Positions 19,241-29,295 of a DNA stretch of 45,207 bases are shown here, in pieces; the stretch's first letter is position 1, and each line of letters starts with the position of its first letter. The position numbers were made by a program, and so were the translations under genes. The DNA is taken from contig DASCOC010000043.1 in NCBI GenBank assembly GCA_036011805.1, forward strand, positions 1-45,207, written 5' to 3'. The notes under the pieces were generated by a model. The model made no database searches. It was not told where the DNA came from and saw nothing but the letters and a program-made list of their open reading frames with translations. The DNA is from Rhodospirillales bacterium (GTDB lineage: Bacteria; Pseudomonadota; Alphaproteobacteria; Rhodospirillales; Casp-alpha2).

Positions 19241-19432
19241 ATGTATGTCTACGCCCTCTATTACAAAAAACAGGACGGCACCATTGATGGCGCCGCCGTT
19301 GGTCTTTTTGAGAGCGATCTTCAGGCCCGGCACTACGTTTTCAACGACGGCAGCTGCCCGCATACGGAATTCGAAATTATCAAGCACAAGGTCCATTCGG
19401 ATAAGGACTCCGAATCCGCCGCCGACCTCTAG
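19241..19432 (+). CDS. Small hypothetical protein (63 aa)
   Basis: The ORF has coding-like third-position G/C bias. It has no clear SD and no recognised family. Confidence 0.4.
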   Translation: MYVYALYYKKQDGTIDGAAVGLFESDLQARHYVFNDGSCPHTEFEIIKHKVHSDKDSESAADL

Positions 19433-19434
19433 GC

Positions 19435-21966
19435 TCATTCGTTCCTGAGGTGCGGCGCGGCTTTGTGGCCCAGGGCTTGCCAGGTGCCGATCAAACCCAT
19501 GGAAAGGGTGACGGCGAGACAAAGTCCGGTGGTGACGGTGACGACGCTGCCTAAGAACGTCCATTCGGCCTCCATCAAAAAGCGGATCACCGCCCAGGCG
19601 GTCAGGGTGCCGATGGCCGCCGCGATCACCGCCGTGATCAAGCCCAGCACGCCGTACTCCAGCAGGTAGAGTCCGACCACGCGCTTACGGGTTGCACCCA
19701 GCACCTTATAGACGACGGCGTCGTAGACACGGCGGTGGTGTTCCGATGCGATGACACTGGCCAGCACGACGGCGCCGGCCAACAGCGTCAGCGCCGCCGT
19801 TCCGGTGATCGCCGCGCCGATGCCTTCTAAGATTTTCGCCGCCGCCTGTAGCGCTTCGCGGACCCGGATCGCCGAAATATTGGGAAAGTCGTCGGTGGCG
19901 GCGCGTTCGACCGCGTCTTCGCGGTGGCGGGGCGCTTCAATGGCGGCGATGGACGTGTGCGGGGCGGCTTCGAGCGTGCCCGGCGCGAAGATGATGGCAA
20001 AATCGAAGCGCAGGCTGCGCCAGTCGATCTCGCGCAGGCTGGCCACCTTGGCGGTAATTTCGCGGCCGAGAATATTGAGGGTCAGGGTGTCGCCGAGGCC
20101 GATACCGAAGCCTTTGGCTAACCCCGCATCCAGGGAAATGATCGGTGGGCCGGCGTAATCGGCGGGCCACCATTCGCCGGCGACAATTTTGGAATCGGTG
20201 CGGGCCAAAGCGGCATAGGTCAGTGCCCGGTCGCCGTGGGTGGCCCAGCGGCTGCCGTGGGCGACGTTGACTTTCTCGACCGGGACGCCGGCGATCTTGA
20301 CGATGCGGCCCCTGAGCGTCGGCACCCGCATGTAGCCCTTAGTGTCGGCGACGGCGGTGACGGCGGCGTCGAAAGCGGCGGACTGGTTCGGCTGGATATC
20401 AATGAAGAAGAAGGCCGGCGCCTGTTCCGGCAGCCGGTCCTCGATCTGGCGGCGCATGTTGCCTTCGATCAAGGCGATGGCGACCAGCACCGATAGCCCC
20501 AGTCCCAACGAGATGATGATGTTCGGGGTCGAGGCGCCGCGCCGATAAAGGTTGGCCTGAACCATCCGCAAGGCGCCGTTGCGAAAGGGCTCAATCCGGG
20601 CCGCCGCGGCCATCACCAGGCCGGCGCCGCTACGCAACAACACCAACGCCATCACCGCACCGCCGATGAACCAGATGGCGAAGCGTTGGTCGTTGGCGGT
20701 CAGCAAGGTCAGCGCCGCCAGCATGGCGACGCCCAATGCCGCCGCGGCGACGAAGGCGGCGCCGGGGCGTCCGCTGACCGGGGCGACCCGGGCGCGGAAC
20801 AATTCCGCCGCCTTCACCGTTCGGGCCCGGGCCACCGGCAGCAAGGCGAAGGTCACCGTCGCCAGCAGGCCGAAGGCGGCGGCGTTGATGATGGGTTTGC
20901 CATATATTCCCGCCACCGGTGCTACCGGCAGTTGCTGGCCGACGGTTTCAATCAGGGCTAACGGTGCGCCGACACCGAAGACAAGCCCGATCAGCACGCC
21001 GAGCCCGCCGAGGATCAGAATTTGCATCATGTAGACGGTAAAGATCAGCCGCCCCGGGGCGCCCAGGCATTTGAAGGTGGCAATGGTGGCGGTCTTGCCG
21101 TCCAGGTAACTGCGCACGGCGCTGGTAACGCCCAAGCCCCCGACCAGCAGCACCGTCAGCCCGACAAAGGTCATAAACAGGGTCATCCGGTCGATAAATC
21201 GCCGCACCCCGTGGGCGGCGTCCTTGGATGTGTTGATTCGCCACCCGGCGGTGGGAAAAGCGGCCTCCAACCCGCCGGTCCAGTCTTCGGCCCGGACACC
21301 GGGTTTCATCATCATCCGGTAATGGTATCGGATCTGGCTTCCCGGCTGCACCAGCCCGGTCGCCGCCAGCGCCGCCGAAGAAATCAGTAACCGCGGACCA
21401 AAGCTGAACACGGTCGCGACCCGGTCGGGTTCCGAGGCAACGGTCGCCCGCATCTGGAAGGTGGCGGCGCCAAGTTGGATGGTATCGCCGAGCTTCAGGC
21501 CTAAGCGGGTCATCAGGTTGGCGTCCACGGCCGTCCCCCAGATGCCGTCCTTGATGCCGAGAAGTTGATCTCTGGGCAGCGGTGGGGCCGTCTCCAGTGG
21601 GCCGATCAGCGGATAGGCCCGATCGACGGCCTTGAGTTCCACCATTGCCCGTTTGTCCCGGCTGTCGGCGGGGCGGACCATGGCGCGCATCTTAATGGCG
21701 GCGGACAGGGTTTGGGTTTGCGCTTCCAAATAAGCCAACTGGTCCAGGGAAGCCGGGCGGTGCAGCAGCCGCAGATCGACCTCGCCGCCCAACAACCGTG
21801 TGCCGTTGGCGTCAAGCCCGGCGACGATGGACTGGCTTAGGCCGCCGACGGCGGCAATGGCGCCGACGCCGAGCGCAATGCAGGTCAGGAAAACCCGGAA
21901 CCCGGCAAGACCGCCGCGCAGTTCGCGCCGCGCCAGCCGCCAGGCGAGGTTGAAATCATCCGTCAT
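19435..21966 (-). CDS. ABC transporter permease with two FtsX-like modules (YbbP-like)
   Basis: I chose ATG 21966 ([19 protein letters not shown]), which overlaps the upstream ATPase stop by 11 nt. There are two 4-TM FtsX modules with large loops. Confidence 0.85.
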   Translation of the reverse strand: MTDDFNLAWRLARRELRGGLAGFRVFLTCIALGVGAIAAVGGLSQSIVAGLDANGTRLLGGEVDLRLLHRPASLDQLAYLEAQTQTLSAAIKMRAMVRPADSRDKRAMVELKAVDRAYPLIGPLETAPPLPRDQLLGIKDGIWGTAVDANLMTRLGLKLGDTIQLGAATFQMRATVASEPDRVATVFSFGPRLLISSAALAATGLVQPGSQIRYHYRMMMKPGVRAEDWTGGLEAAFPTAGWRINTSKDAAHGVRRFIDRMTLFMTFVGLTVLLVGGLGVTSAVRSYLDGKTATIATFKCLGAPGRLIFTVYMMQILILGGLGVLIGLVFGVGAPLALIETVGQQLPVAPVAGIYGKPIINAAAFGLLATVTFALLPVARARTVKAAELFRARVAPVSGRPGAAFVAAAALGVAMLAALTLLTANDQRFAIWFIGGAVMALVLLRSGAGLVMAAAARIEPFRNGALRMVQANLYRRGASTPNIIISLGLGLSVLVAIALIEGNMRRQIEDRLPEQAPAFFFIDIQPNQSAAFDAAVTAVADTKGYMRVPTLRGRIVKIAGVPVEKVNVAHGSRWATHGDRALTYAALARTDSKIVAGEWWPADYAGPPIISLDAGLAKGFGIGLGDTLTLNILGREITAKVASLREIDWRSLRFDFAIIFAPGTLEAAPHTSIAAIEAPRHREDAVERAATDDFPNISAIRVREALQAAAKILEGIGAAITGTAALTLLAGAVVLASVIASEHHRRVYDAVVYKVLGATRKRVVGLYLLEYGVLGLITAVIAAAIGTLTAWAVIRFLMEAEWTFLGSVVTVTTGLCLAVTLSMGLIGTWQALGHKAAPHLRNE

Positions 21967-22681
21967 CGGAACCGCCCTTGTTATCAACAATACGCCCGTC
22001 GGCCAATTGCACGATGCGGGTGCAGCGCGATGCCAGTTCCTGGGCATGGGTGACCAGGATCAGGGTGGTGCCGAGCCGTTCATGCAATTGAAACAACAGA
22101 TCGATGATGCCATCGCCGGTGGCCTGGTCGAGGCTGCCGGTGGGCTCATCGGCGAGCAGAATCTTCGGCCCGGTGACGAACGCTCTGGCCAGCGCAACGC
22201 GTTGTTGTTCGCCGCCGGATAGCTGGCCCGGATAATGCGCCAAGCGGTGACCGAGACCGACGGCTTCCAATTCGGCCTCGGCGCGGACGAAGGCATTTTG
22301 GCCGTCTCCGGCCCCCAAACCAGCGAATTCCAGCGGCAGGGCGACGTTCTCCAGCGCCGACATGGTCGGCACCAGATGGAAGTTCTGAAAGACGATGCCG
22401 ATGTGATCGCGCCGGAACCGGGCCAGGGAATCTTCGTCCAATCCGGAAATTTCCGTACCCGCCGCGGTGATCCGCCCGGCGGTGGTTTTCTCCAGCCCGG
22501 CGATGATCATCAGCAAGGATGTCTTGCCCGAACCGGACGGCCCGACGACGCCGACGGCATCACCGGCGGCCACCGTCAGGTCGATGCCGCGCAGGATCGA
22601 AACCGGCCCGGCGTCACTGCTGAGTTGCAGTTGAACGCCCTCAAGGTTTAGAACCGGGTCGGAGGAGTTTGGTTCCGTCAT
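21956..22681 (-). CDS. ABC transporter ATP-binding protein (YbbA-like)
   Basis: Walker A is GPSGSGKTS, the signature is LSGGEQQR, and Walker B is ILLADEPT. Confidence 0.9.
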   Translation of the reverse strand: MTEPNSSDPVLNLEGVQLQLSSDAGPVSILRGIDLTVAAGDAVGVVGPSGSGKTSLLMIIAGLEKTTAGRITAAGTEISGLDEDSLARFRRDHIGIVFQNFHLVPTMSALENVALPLEFAGLGAGDGQNAFVRAEAELEAVGLGHRLAHYPGQLSGGEQQRVALARAFVTGPKILLADEPTGSLDQATGDGIIDLLFQLHERLGTTLILVTHAQELASRCTRIVQLADGRIVDNKGGSDDG

Positions 22682-23363
22682 GGATCATGCCCGTAAAATT
22701 TTCAGCGATGGAAGACGTAGTGCCTTTCGGCGGGTTGTCAACGGGGGCCTCTTGGCGTTGCTGGTCATGGCGGCGGCTCCGGTGGTGTCTGCGGCAGCGG
22801 GCCAACCGGTTCGGATTCTGATGCTCGGCGACAGCCTGACTTCTGGGCATGGCCTGATCAAGGGCGAATCGCTTCCGGACAAGCTTCAAGAAGCCCTGCA
22901 AAAAGACGCGCCGGGGGCGCAAATTCTCAACGCCGGCGTATCCGGCGACACCACGGCGGGCGGACGCTCGCGTCTGGCCTGGTCGCTATCCGCCCAACCG
23001 GATGCGTTGATCGTGGCGCTGGGCGCCAACGACGGCCTCAGGGGACTGGCGCCGGAACAGACCTACGCCAACCTCAACGCTATACTTAATGCCGCGAAAA
23101 AGGCCGGGCTGCCGGTGTTGCTGGCGGGCATGCGGGCGCCGCCCAATTTAGGCCCGGAATACGGTGCCGACTTCAATGCGGTGTTCCCCAGGCTGGCGAC
23201 GGAGCACGGCGTCCCGTTGTTTCCGTTCCTGTTGGAAGGCGTCGTCGCCAAGCCGGCGCTAAACCAGGATGACGGCATCCATCCCAACCCCAAGGGCGTC
23301 GCCGTGATCGTCAGGAATATCCTGCCCTTGGTCCTGAAACTGGTTGAACGGGCCGGGCAATAG
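22680..23363 (+). CDS. SGNH/GDSL arylesterase-thioesterase (TesA-like), secreted
   Basis: It has a signal peptide, block I GDSLTSG and block V DGIHPN. It is divergent from the ABC pair, as in the E. coli tesA-ybbA-ybbP arrangement. The two start codons overlap in CATG. Confidence 0.85.
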   Translation: MDHARKIFSDGRRSAFRRVVNGGLLALLVMAAAPVVSAAAGQPVRILMLGDSLTSGHGLIKGESLPDKLQEALQKDAPGAQILNAGVSGDTTAGGRSRLAWSLSAQPDALIVALGANDGLRGLAPEQTYANLNAILNAAKKAGLPVLLAGMRAPPNLGPEYGADFNAVFPRLATEHGVPLFPFLLEGVVAKPALNQDDGIHPNPKGVAVIVRNILPLVLKLVERAGQ

Positions 23364-23406
23364 GGGGGCTATTCCCCTGCTCGGAAGAATTGGCTAGGCT
23401 TAACGC

Positions 23407-24411
23407 ATGAACTCCGCCATCAATCCTGAAACCGGCAAGTACGAGCGCATTCCGATTCTTGATATGGGGCCGTATCTGGCTGGCGAGGCCGGCGCCCGGG
23501 AACACCTGGCCACCGAAATCCAACATGTTCAGGAAAACATCGGGTTCTCCATCTTCATCAATCACAGCGTCGACTTTGATCTGTTGGATGGTGCCTATGC
23601 GGCGTTAAAGAAATTTTTCGCGCTGCCGCTGGACGAAAAGCTGAAATTCACCATCGACGATACGTCGCTAGGCTATATCCCGATCCGCTCGACCGTGTAC
23701 GTCACCTCGGTGATCAACGAGAACACCAAGAAGGACCTCAATGAAACCCTGACCCTGGCCCGGGACCGTCCCGACGGCCACCCGGCGGTGCGGGAACGCA
23801 GGCGCTTTCATGGCCCCAACCGGTGGCCCGATATCGATGGCTTCCGTGATGCCGTCGTCGCCTATCAGGAGGCCATCGCGGTGATGGGCTTTAATCTGCT
23901 GCCGCTGTACGCCCTGGCCCTGGATAAGACTGCCGATTTTTTCTTGCCCTTTTTCACCGACCCGATCATGTGGAGCCGCAATGCGTATTATCCGCCGCTC
24001 AAACCCGAGGATAATCAGTTCGGCATCGCGCCGCACTGCGACCACAGCTTCCTGACCATGTTGCCGATGGCCGACGAGCCGGGCCTGCAGGTGCTTGATC
24101 GGGACGGAAACTGGATGTGGCCGGACCCGGTTGAAAACGGCATCGTCGTCAACACCGGCGAATTCCTCAACCGCTGGTCCAACGGCCGGTTCTTAGCCAC
24201 ACCCCACCGGGTGGTGCCGCCCAAACACGACCGCTATTCCATCGCCACGTTTTTCAACCCCGACACGGATACTTCCAGCGAGGCCCTGGATACCTGTGTC
24301 AGCGCCGACAATCCGCCGAAGTTTGAAGCCACGACCATGCAGGCCTATGTAGAACACTATATTGACAGCAATTACCTGCGCAGCGCCGGCGGCACCCAGG
24401 ACAATGACTAA
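23407..24411 (+). CDS. 2OG-Fe(II) oxygenase (isopenicillin N synthase-like family)
   Basis: 334 aa. It starts with the N-terminal IPILD motif, has HCDHSFLT and TPHRV (the HxD...H triad), and a later RYS. Confidence 0.85.
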   Translation: MNSAINPETGKYERIPILDMGPYLAGEAGAREHLATEIQHVQENIGFSIFINHSVDFDLLDGAYAALKKFFALPLDEKLKFTIDDTSLGYIPIRSTVYVTSVINENTKKDLNETLTLARDRPDGHPAVRERRRFHGPNRWPDIDGFRDAVVAYQEAIAVMGFNLLPLYALALDKTADFFLPFFTDPIMWSRNAYYPPLKPEDNQFGIAPHCDHSFLTMLPMADEPGLQVLDRDGNWMWPDPVENGIVVNTGEFLNRWSNGRFLATPHRVVPPKHDRYSIATFFNPDTDTSSEALDTCVSADNPPKFEATTMQAYVEHYIDSNYLRSAGGTQDND

Positions 24412-25501
24412 GGACCGGATCGAAGGACACCCGACTAAGTATTGGCACGCACTCGATGACGGCCGGGTGCAATGCGACGTCTGCCCCAGGGCATGCAAGA
24501 TGCACGAAGGCCAGCGCGGCTTGTGTTTCGTGCGCGGCGTCGCCGATGGTGCGGTGGTGCTGACCACCTACGGCCGGTCATCCGGGTTCTGCGTCGATCC
24601 TATTGAGAAGAAACCGCTCAACCATTTCCTGCCCGGCACCCCGGTGCTGTCGTTCGGCACGGCGGGCTGTAACCTGACCTGCAAGTTCTGCCAGAACTGG
24701 GACATTTCCAAATCCCGCGAATTCGACCGCTTGCAGGAAAAGGCGACGCCGGAGATGATTGCCGCGGCCGCCGTCAAAACCGGGTGCAAATCCGTCGCCG
24801 TTACCTACAACGACCCGGTGATCTTCATGGAATACGCCATCGATGCCGCCCAGGCGTGCCACGAAAAAGGCATCAAGATGGTGGCGGTGACGGCGGGCTA
24901 CATCTCCGACGAACCGAGGGCCGAATTCTACCAGCACATGGACGCCGCCAACGTCGACCTCAAGGCATTCACCGAGAAATTTTACAAAGAACTCTGCACC
25001 GGTTCGCTGGCGCCGGTGCTGGAAACGCTGAAATACCTCAAACATGAAACCGATGTCTGGTTCGAAATCACCGACCTGCTGATCCCCGGCGAAAACGACG
25101 GCGAGGCCGAGATCGAAGAGATGACGGGCTGGGTGATGGAAAATCTCGGACCCGACGTGCCTTTGCACTTTTCCGCCTTCCACCCGGATTGGAAAATGAC
25201 CGGCAAACCCAACACCCCGTTGGAGACCGTGGTCCGGGCGAGGAAAATCGCCATGAAAAACGGTATCCGCTATGCCTATACGGGCAACGTGCATGACCCC
25301 GAAGGGGACGCGACCCTCTGCCACCAGTGCGGCGACATGCTGATCGGGCGCGATTGGTACAACATCACCGCCTGGGCGGTCGAAACGGCAGGCAATTACA
25401 ACGGCAATTGCGCCAACTGCGGCACCCCGGTGCCGGGCTTCATTGACGGCCCGCCCGGCGACTGGGGACGCAAGCATCAATCGATCAGAATCGGCGCCTA
25501 A
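24404..25501 (+). CDS. amrS: AmmeMemoRadiSam system radical SAM enzyme
   Basis: ATG 24404 begins MTKDRIEGHPTKYWHAL. Motifs are CDVCPRACKMHEGQRGLCFVR and the radical SAM CNLTCKFCQNW. The start overlaps the upstream stop in ATGACTAA. Confidence 0.9.
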   Translation: MTKDRIEGHPTKYWHALDDGRVQCDVCPRACKMHEGQRGLCFVRGVADGAVVLTTYGRSSGFCVDPIEKKPLNHFLPGTPVLSFGTAGCNLTCKFCQNWDISKSREFDRLQEKATPEMIAAAAVKTGCKSVAVTYNDPVIFMEYAIDAAQACHEKGIKMVAVTAGYISDEPRAEFYQHMDAANVDLKAFTEKFYKELCTGSLAPVLETLKYLKHETDVWFEITDLLIPGENDGEAEIEEMTGWVMENLGPDVPLHFSAFHPDWKMTGKPNTPLETVVRARKIAMKNGIRYAYTGNVHDPEGDATLCHQCGDMLIGRDWYNITAWAVETAGNYNGNCANCGTPVPGFIDGPPGDWGRKHQSIRIGA

Positions 25502-25573
25502 TGTTGAGTGACACCCTCCCGCCGACCTGTTAAAAGTCCGCGGCGAATTGCGGCAAATACCATCGGGTACCCT

Positions 25574-26554
25574 ATGTCGAAAAAAATGCTGGCCCTGGCA
25601 CTGAAATTTTTGGTGTTGGGTTTCTTGTTCTGGTTTCTGTCCCGCGGGATTGATTTCGCCGAGGCAGGCCGTCGGCTGGCCGCAATCGACCCCTTGATGT
25701 TGGCCGGCGCGGCCGGTGTAATGTTGGTGCAGATTTGCGTCGGCGGACAGCGCTGGCGTTTGGTACTCTCGGCGATCGGCGCGGAAATCAGCATTTTCAA
25801 GGCGATCCAGCTTTTTTACATCGGTGTGTTTTTCAGCCAGGCGCTGCCGTCTTCCGTCGGCGGCGACGCAGTGCGCATGTTCAAGGTCTACAAACTGGGG
25901 ATGGAATTGCGCAACGCCATCAACGGCGTTTTGCTGGAACGCGCCGTCACCGTCGTCGCCCTGGTGGCGCTGATTGACGTAACCCTTCAGTGGTTCCTGC
26001 CCCGCGTCGATGAAGCGACGGCGGCGTTGATGCTTCCCGCCGTGGTGCTGGTTACGGTTGGGTGCATCGTGGGTCTTGCATTCCTGATGTTTCTCGACCG
26101 CCTGCCATCGTCGCTGAGGCGCTGGCGGCTGGTCCGCGGCCTCGGCAACCTGGGTATTGATGCGCGCAAGGTGTTTCTTGTGCCCGGGCATTTGGTCAAA
26201 GTGTTGTTCTGGGGGATTCTGACCCATATCAACATGGCGTTTATAGTCCTGATCCTGGCCTTGGGGCTGGAGCTCAACGTGACTTTGCTTGACTGTCTGA
26301 CGCTGGTGCCGCCGGTGATGTTGATCATGACCGTTCCCATTTCTATTGGTGGCTGGGGGGTGCGCGAAACCGCCATGGTGACGTTTTTCGGCTTGATCGG
26401 TGTGTCGGGCGAGGGCGCACTGGCGCTATCGGTGGTGTTTGGCCTGATCGGCATCGCGGTTGCCATTCCCGGCGGCATTGTCTGGTTGATGAGCCGCGAC
26501 AAAGGGGAAACCATGGACTATCAGGCCCCCGACGCAGCCCTCAACGAAAAATAG
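25574..26554 (+). CDS. Flippase-like / lysylphosphatidylglycerol-synthase TM-region family membrane protein (UPF0104)
   Basis: ATG 25574 begins MSKKMLALALKFLVLG. The protein has about 8 TM segments and the ALPSSVGGDAVR motif. Confidence 0.8.
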   Translation: MSKKMLALALKFLVLGFLFWFLSRGIDFAEAGRRLAAIDPLMLAGAAGVMLVQICVGGQRWRLVLSAIGAEISIFKAIQLFYIGVFFSQALPSSVGGDAVRMFKVYKLGMELRNAINGVLLERAVTVVALVALIDVTLQWFLPRVDEATAALMLPAVVLVTVGCIVGLAFLMFLDRLPSSLRRWRLVRGLGNLGIDARKVFLVPGHLVKVLFWGILTHINMAFIVLILALGLELNVTLLDCLTLVPPVMLIMTVPISIGGWGVRETAMVTFFGLIGVSGEGALALSVVFGLIGIAVAIPGGIVWLMSRDKGETMDYQAPDAALNEK

Positions 26555-26659
26555 ACGGTTGAAACCTAGAAGTAATCCCTTGGCCCTTCCAACAAACCCT
26601 TTTCTTTGCCGTCCGTCGGGCTAGAGTCCTCAGTCGGTACGCAAACAAAGGGGCAATCC

Positions 26660-28168
26660 ATGAAAATCGTCTTTTCCGGGCCTGGGTCCGCCGCAACGGG
26701 GGCATTGGTGGTCGGTGTTCTCGAGGGAAATACGCTGACGCCTTCGGCGAAAACCCTGGATAAAAAGATCAATCGCGGGCTGACCCGCGCGATTAAGGCC
26801 AGCCGCTTTAAGGGCAAGGCGGGGCAAAGCCTTGCCGTGGTGACCCCGGCGGGGACCCGGTTGGACCGTCTGCTGATCGTCGGCCTGGGCAAGGCCAAGG
26901 ACGTGAATGAGCAGGCGCTCTGCAAACTTGGCGGCCGCATTTATGCGAGCCTGGCGGCGTCCGGATCAAAAGCGGCGACGATCCTGGTCGACCCTTTGGA
27001 AGGTACGAAACTTAATCCGGCCCACATGGCGGCGGCCATCGCCGAAGGCGCCCAGCTTCGCTCCTATCGTTTCGGCAAGTACCGCACCAAAAACGGAAAT
27101 GATGACAAGCCGACGCTGACGACGATGACGCTTCGCTGCCGGGGCGCGGCCAAGGCCAAGGTTGAATTCCGGGCCAGGGACAAGGTCGTCCAGGGGGTCT
27201 TCATGACCCGCAACCTGGTGACCGAGCCGCCCAACGTGATCTATCCCGATAGCCTGGCCAAGCGATGCAAGGAGCTGACTAAACTGGGCGTCAAGGTCGA
27301 GGTCCTGGGCGAGCCGCAAATGCGGCGTCTCGGCATGGGGGCGTTGCTTGGCGTCGGCCAGGGTTCGATCCGTGAAAGCCGATTGGTGGTCATGCGCTGG
27401 AACGGCAAACGCGGCGCGAAAGCCAAAAAGGACAAGCCGATCTGTTTCGTCGGCAAGGGGATTACCTTCGATACCGGCGGCATCTCCCTGAAACCGTCGG
27501 GCGGCATGGAAGAAATGAAATACGACATGGGCGGGTCCGGCGTCGTCATCGGCCTGATGAAGGCGCTGGCGGGACGCAAGGCCAAGGTCAATGCGGTCGG
27601 TGTCGTCGCCTTGGCGGAAAACATGCCCGGTTCCAACGCCCAGCGTCCCAGCGACGTGGTGACCTCGATGTCGGGCCAGACCATCGAAGTGCTCAACACC
27701 GATGCCGAAGGCCGCCTGGTGCTGGCCGATGCGCTGCATTACGCCAACAACCGGTTCAAGCCTAAGTTCATTGTCGATCTGGCGACCTTGACCGGCGCCA
27801 TTATTGTTGCGCTGGGCAGTGAATATGCCGGTCTTTTTTCCAACAACGACAAGCTTTCGGAACGGCTGGCCGATGCCGGCGAGGAGGTCGGCGAATTGGT
27901 GTGGCGGCTGCCTCAGGGCGAGGTCTACGATAAAATGTTGAAATCCGACATTGCCGATATGAAGAACATCTCCGGCGGCCGCGGCGCCGGCTCGATCACG
28001 GCGGCGCAGTTCTTGGGACGCTTCGTCGGCAAGACGCCGTGGGCGCATCTGGATATCGCCGGCGTGACCTGGGCGAAAGCCGACAAGTCCTTGTCACCGA
28101 AGGGCGCCACCGCCTTCGGCGTGCGCCTGTTGAACCGTCTGGTCGTCGATTGCTACGAGGCGAAGTAG
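26660..28168 (+). CDS. pepA: Leucyl aminopeptidase (M17)
   Basis: ATG 26660 follows AAAGGGG. The M17 signature NTDAEGRLVLAD is present. Confidence 0.95.
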   Translation: MKIVFSGPGSAATGALVVGVLEGNTLTPSAKTLDKKINRGLTRAIKASRFKGKAGQSLAVVTPAGTRLDRLLIVGLGKAKDVNEQALCKLGGRIYASLAASGSKAATILVDPLEGTKLNPAHMAAAIAEGAQLRSYRFGKYRTKNGNDDKPTLTTMTLRCRGAAKAKVEFRARDKVVQGVFMTRNLVTEPPNVIYPDSLAKRCKELTKLGVKVEVLGEPQMRRLGMGALLGVGQGSIRESRLVVMRWNGKRGAKAKKDKPICFVGKGITFDTGGISLKPSGGMEEMKYDMGGSGVVIGLMKALAGRKAKVNAVGVVALAENMPGSNAQRPSDVVTSMSGQTIEVLNTDAEGRLVLADALHYANNRFKPKFIVDLATLTGAIIVALGSEYAGLFSNNDKLSERLADAGEEVGELVWRLPQGEVYDKMLKSDIADMKNISGGRGAGSITAAQFLGRFVGKTPWAHLDIAGVTWAKADKSLSPKGATAFGVRLLNRLVVDCYEAK

Positions 28169-28188
28169 GGGGGAGTAGAGCGCCAACC

Positions 28189-28641
28189 GTGACCGAGATC
28201 GCCTTTTATCACCTGGAAAAACTGCCGCTGGAGCAGGTTCTGGCGAAGCTCCTGGAAAAGACCCTGGCGGCGGACAAGCGGGCGCTGGTGCTGGCCGGGT
28301 CGGAGGGCCGCATCGAGGCCCTGGCCGGACACCTGTGGACCTACGATGAGGGATCGTGGCTGCCGCACGGCACCGCCAAGGATGGATCACCTGAAGATCA
28401 GCCGGTGTGGCTGGCGGTGGCCGATGAGAACCCCAACAATGCCCAGTTCCTGTTTCTCACCGACGGCGCCGCCTCCGACGCCGTCGACGGGTTCGAGCGG
28501 TGTTTCGAATTGTTCGACGGCGCCGACACCGACGCCGTCAATGCCGCCCGCGGCCGCTGGAAGGCCTACGCCGACGCCGGTCACGAACTGACCTATTGGC
28601 GCCAGACCGATAATGGAGGTTGGGAGAAGAAGGACGTTTAG
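28189..28641 (+). CDS. holC: DNA polymerase III subunit chi
   Basis: GTG 28189 follows GGGGGGA. The product begins VTEIAFYHLEK, continues GHLWTYDEGSWLPHG, and is 150 aa. It follows pepA, the usual arrangement. Confidence 0.85.
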   Translation: MTEIAFYHLEKLPLEQVLAKLLEKTLAADKRALVLAGSEGRIEALAGHLWTYDEGSWLPHGTAKDGSPEDQPVWLAVADENPNNAQFLFLTDGAASDAVDGFERCFELFDGADTDAVNAARGRWKAYADAGHELTYWRQTDNGGWEKKDV

Positions 28642-28657
28642 TCCCCGTTGATATCCG

Positions 28658-29287
28658 TCAAAGGTACTTATCCAGTTCCAGCCAGAAGATGGTGAACACC
28701 ATCAGGAAGGCGATGAATTCCAGCAGCGTGATCATGATCAGCAAATAGCATATGCGACGCGCCATCGGCCGCATCGGTTGCCAGACGCGGCGCATGTACC
28801 ACTTCCATCCGGGCAGCCGTGCCCATTTATTCCAGGTCAGCAGATAGAGGCGCAGGTCGCGCCCCCATTGGATCAGGCTTTTATCGACCTCGTCGAGGCG
28901 GTCATGACGCTCGGCGGCGGGGGTGCCAGAGTAGTCGTCGGTGATAGTAAGATCGGCGGTGCCGTCCGGTTTGGGGTCGAGGCGGAAGGTGGTTGTCGTT
29001 TTTAGCCCTCCCCTATAGGTCAGCGTAAGGGTGTCTCCTTCGTATATCGCCTTGAACTTGGTTGTCGTGGTTTTTTCATTGATCAGGTTCTCGGCCGTAA
29101 ACTGGTATTCGCCGTTGCCAAGGGATTGCCAGTCTTCGAACACCAACTGCGAATTGATCCTGAAAAGCCGTTCCACATCGTCCAGAAACGAGGACATCCT
29201 CTTGATATCGAAAGGCGTTTCGATGGCGACCCAGGCGGAGTCATTCTCGGGGTCGATTTTTTCGTCCGGGGACGGGGTTTCGGTCAT
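28658..29287 (-). CDS. Hypothetical protein with a soluble N-domain and a C-terminal TM anchor
   Basis: 209 aa, starting 8 nt after the USP gene stop, so probably co-transcribed. The C-terminal TM segment is ICYLLIMITLLEFIAFLMVFTIFWL. No family recognised. Confidence 0.6.
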   Translation of the reverse strand: MTETPSPDEKIDPENDSAWVAIETPFDIKRMSSFLDDVERLFRINSQLVFEDWQSLGNGEYQFTAENLINEKTTTTKFKAIYEGDTLTLTYRGGLKTTTTFRLDPKPDGTADLTITDDYSGTPAAERHDRLDEVDKSLIQWGRDLRLYLLTWNKWARLPGWKWYMRRVWQPMRPMARRICYLLIMITLLEFIAFLMVFTIFWLELDKYL

Positions 29288-29295
29288 CGGCCAGG

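Noticed and set aside
18737-19432. GNAT plus adjacent 63-aa ORF as a GNAT-toxin/antitoxin pair
   Set aside because: In known GNAT toxin systems the small partner is encoded upstream. This GNAT looks like an ordinary amino-acid N-acetyltransferase type. The small ORF has no DNA-binding motif that I can see.
24578-26227. 549-aa ORF on the minus strand
   Set aside because: It lies entirely antisense to amrS and the flippase-like gene, both of which carry clear family motifs. Its R/G/H/Q-rich low-complexity translation is typical of spurious antisense ORFs in GC-rich DNA.
26966-28048. 360-aa ORF on the minus strand
   Set aside because: It is antisense to pepA, which carries the M17 signature. 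Its composition is R/G/A-rich and it has no recognisable motif.
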